A DNA stretch of 27,674 nt from a virus (Duplodnaviria; Caudoviricetes). The DNA lies in IMG/VR virus record IMGVR_UViG_3300008255_000392, positions 1 to 27,674 of that record; one strand, given 5' to 3'. Below are positions 26,103-27,674 of this stretch, piece by piece. The position numbers and the translations under genes were made by a program. The notes below the pieces were generated by a model. The model ran no database searches, was not told the DNA's origin, and saw nothing but the letters and a program-made list of their open reading frames with translations. Each line of letters begins with the position of its first letter. The first letter of the stretch is position 1.

Positions 26103-26533
26103 AGGACTTCGACAAGGCGTGGGCTTTCACCCAACGGTGGGAAGGCGGGGAGAAGATCTCCCGCGATCCCAACGATTCGGGCGGCACAACGAAGTGGGGG
26201 ATCTCCGGGCACCACCACCCCGAGGTTGACATAGAGAACCTGACCGAGGAACAGGCGAAGGCGATCGCCAAGCCGGAGTATTGGGACGCCGCGGGGTGCG
26301 ACCGGCGTCCGTGGCCGCTCGATCTCCTGGCGTTCGATACCGCGTTCAACCTCGGGTTGGATGATGTCCAGGCGATCGACCCGAAGGCCTCGACTTGGGA
26401 GGCATGGCTCCTTCGGAGGGTGATGAAGCACATACGGGTAGCCCGGAAGTTGCCCTATGAAGTGAGAAAGAATCGGTGGGGATGGCTGTTCCGGTGCTAC
26501 GATCTCTACAAAACCTGCTTGGAAGGAGAATGA
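26096..26533 (+). CDS. Endolysin, glycoside hydrolase family 108
   Basis: EGG...DPNDSGGTTKWGIS catalytic motif, YW..CD..P.PL..FDTAFNLG, C-terminal GWLFR. Confidence 0.9.
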   Translation: MVEDFDKAWAFTQRWEGGEKISRDPNDSGGTTKWGISGHHHPEVDIENLTEEQAKAIAKPEYWDAAGCDRRPWPLDLLAFDTAFNLGLDDVQAIDPKASTWEAWLLRRVMKHIRVARKLPYEVRKNRWGWLFRCYDLYKTCLEGE

Positions 26534-26534
26534 C

Positions 26535-26882
26535 ATGAAGAAGATGATCGGGCTTTTGATCGGACTGGCAATTCTGATGTACGCGGGGAATGCGAGGGCC
26601 TTCACGCTGAATTGGGATCCGGTGACGCAGTACACCGACAACACGACGATCGGCCCGGAGGCGGGAGGGGTTTTCTACAATGTCGAGATGGACGGAGCCG
26701 CGGCCTCGGGGAATTTTTCCGGGACGTCCTGGGTCATTCCCCCCGTGGCGAAGAAATCCTCGCATACGTTCCGGGCGAGGGCGGTCCTTGGATCGGGGGA
26801 GGTATCGGCCTGGACCCCCCCTTTTGCGTGGACTTCCCCTCAAGGAAGCCCTGCCGTTCCAAGTGGTATGAGCGTCCGTTGA
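26535..26882 (+). CDS. Secreted fibronectin type III-like protein
   Basis: AAGGAG RBS; signal peptide ending ARA; TLNWDPV, FYNV, HTFRARAV, SAW strands of FnIII pattern. Confidence 0.6.
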   Translation: MKKMIGLLIGLAILMYAGNARAFTLNWDPVTQYTDNTTIGPEAGGVFYNVEMDGAAASGNFSGTSWVIPPVAKKSSHTFRARAVLGSGEVSAWTPPFAWTSPQGSPAVPSGMSVR

Positions 26883-26941
26883 TCGAGATTCTTGATATGG
26901 TTCCAGACGCTAAACCTGACGAATAAAAGGAGGTGGTCTAA

Positions 26942-27433
26942 TTGTCCTTCTTCAGCGATCTTCTGGCGGGTGGTGCGGCGGGGCTGTTCGCGGGGCTCGG
27001 TTCGTTCGCCAAGGATCTCCGGGAGGCGATCACGGGTAAGACGATCCTTGACCCGAATCAGCAAGCGGAGATCTTAATGAAGATGGCCGCGATCGAGGCG
27101 GCGGCCGCCCAAGCCGTGGTAGATTACGATCAGTCCCAGATGGAGGGGCAGACCGCGATCGCCAAACTCGAGGCGGCATCCCAAGATAAGTACGTCACCC
27201 GATGGCGCCCGACAATCGGGTGGATCTGCGGGATCGGTCTGCTCTATACGTTCCTCATGAAACCGATCCTCCCGTTCATATTCCAATGCGGGGCACTCAT
27301 TACCGGGCGGGATGTATCTTCGGTTCCCGCACTTCCCGAAGTTCCGATGGGGGATCTGATCATCCTGCTTGCAGGGATGCTTGGATTGGGCGGCATGAGA
27401 TCTGTGGAGAAAATCAAAGGAGTCAGGAAATGA
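26942..27433 (+). CDS. Holin (3TM/GTA-holin-like family)
   Basis: AGGAGGT RBS with TTG start; WRPTIGWICG, LLAGMLGLGGMRSVEKIKG; close to the endolysin. Confidence 0.85.
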   Translation: MSFFSDLLAGGAAGLFAGLGSFAKDLREAITGKTILDPNQQAEILMKMAAIEAAAAQAVVDYDQSQMEGQTAIAKLEAASQDKYVTRWRPTIGWICGIGLLYTFLMKPILPFIFQCGALITGRDVSSVPALPEVPMGDLIILLAGMLGLGGMRSVEKIKGVRK

Positions 27434-27674
27434 CCAACCCAACCGGGGGAGACGCTTTCTGCCCTGCTGTTTTATGGAACCTCATCGCACTCGTCGTGCC
27501 GATCATCGTGGCGGTCATCGTAGCGACCCACAAGGTCCTCACTGTTATCAGAGCCGAGATCCGGTCGGAGATCACGCCGATCATAGGTCGGATCGACGCG
27601 ATGGAAAAACGGTTCGTCGATGCTGTCCGGGATCTGTGGGACCACAACAACTCCCAGGACACGAGGATCGAAGC
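27430..27674 (+). CDS. Membrane-anchored coiled-coil protein (partial, lysis-region)
   Basis: ATGA overlap with the holin; MTNPTGGDAFCPAVLWNLIALVVPIIVAVIVATHK.. gives one TM segment then a helix; open to the window end. Confidence 0.6.
   Translation, partial: MTNPTGGDAFCPAVLWNLIALVVPIIVAVIVATHKVLTVIRAEIRSEITPIIGRIDAMEKRFVDAVRDLWDHNNSQDTRIE

Larger units (their letters stand above)
1..27674 (+). mobile_element. Tailed phage/prophage virion morphogenesis and lysis module (podovirus-like)
   Basis: Co-directional, tightly coupled genes (many ATGA overlaps) in the order terminase-portal-scaffold-capsid-adaptor-tail-ejection proteins-endolysin-holin. No integrase or host genes in the window, so free phage versus prophage cannot be decided. 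Confidence 0.95.

Overview
The window is one + strand morphogenesis-and-lysis operon of a GC-rich tailed phage or prophage. It is most likely podovirus-like: no tape measure, tail tube or sheath gene is recognisable. Gene order: (terS end?) - terminase large subunit split into ATPase and nuclease genes - accessory virion cassette with a LamG lectin - portal - scaffold - N4-gp56-like major capsid - GT9 glycosyltransferase/methyltransferase cassette - head-tail adaptor - split tail stabilisation/nozzle protein - fibre-like protein - radical SAM enzyme - three probable ejection proteins - fibre-like protein - GH108 endolysin - secreted FnIII-like protein - holin. Four features stand out. (1) The 1660-aa probable ejection protein carries a near-canonical GGDEF diguanylate-cyclase domain. 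Two small genes with their own RBSs follow it, overprinted in the +1 frame. (2) A glycosylation/methylation cassette sits between the capsid and adaptor genes. (3) An MJ0619/COG1964-like radical SAM gene is coupled to an aromatic-rich peptide tail inside the tail/ejection block. (4) One 15-bp repeat family occurs in three structural genes and is read in different frames. All family calls come from motif recognition by eye; no database search was run.
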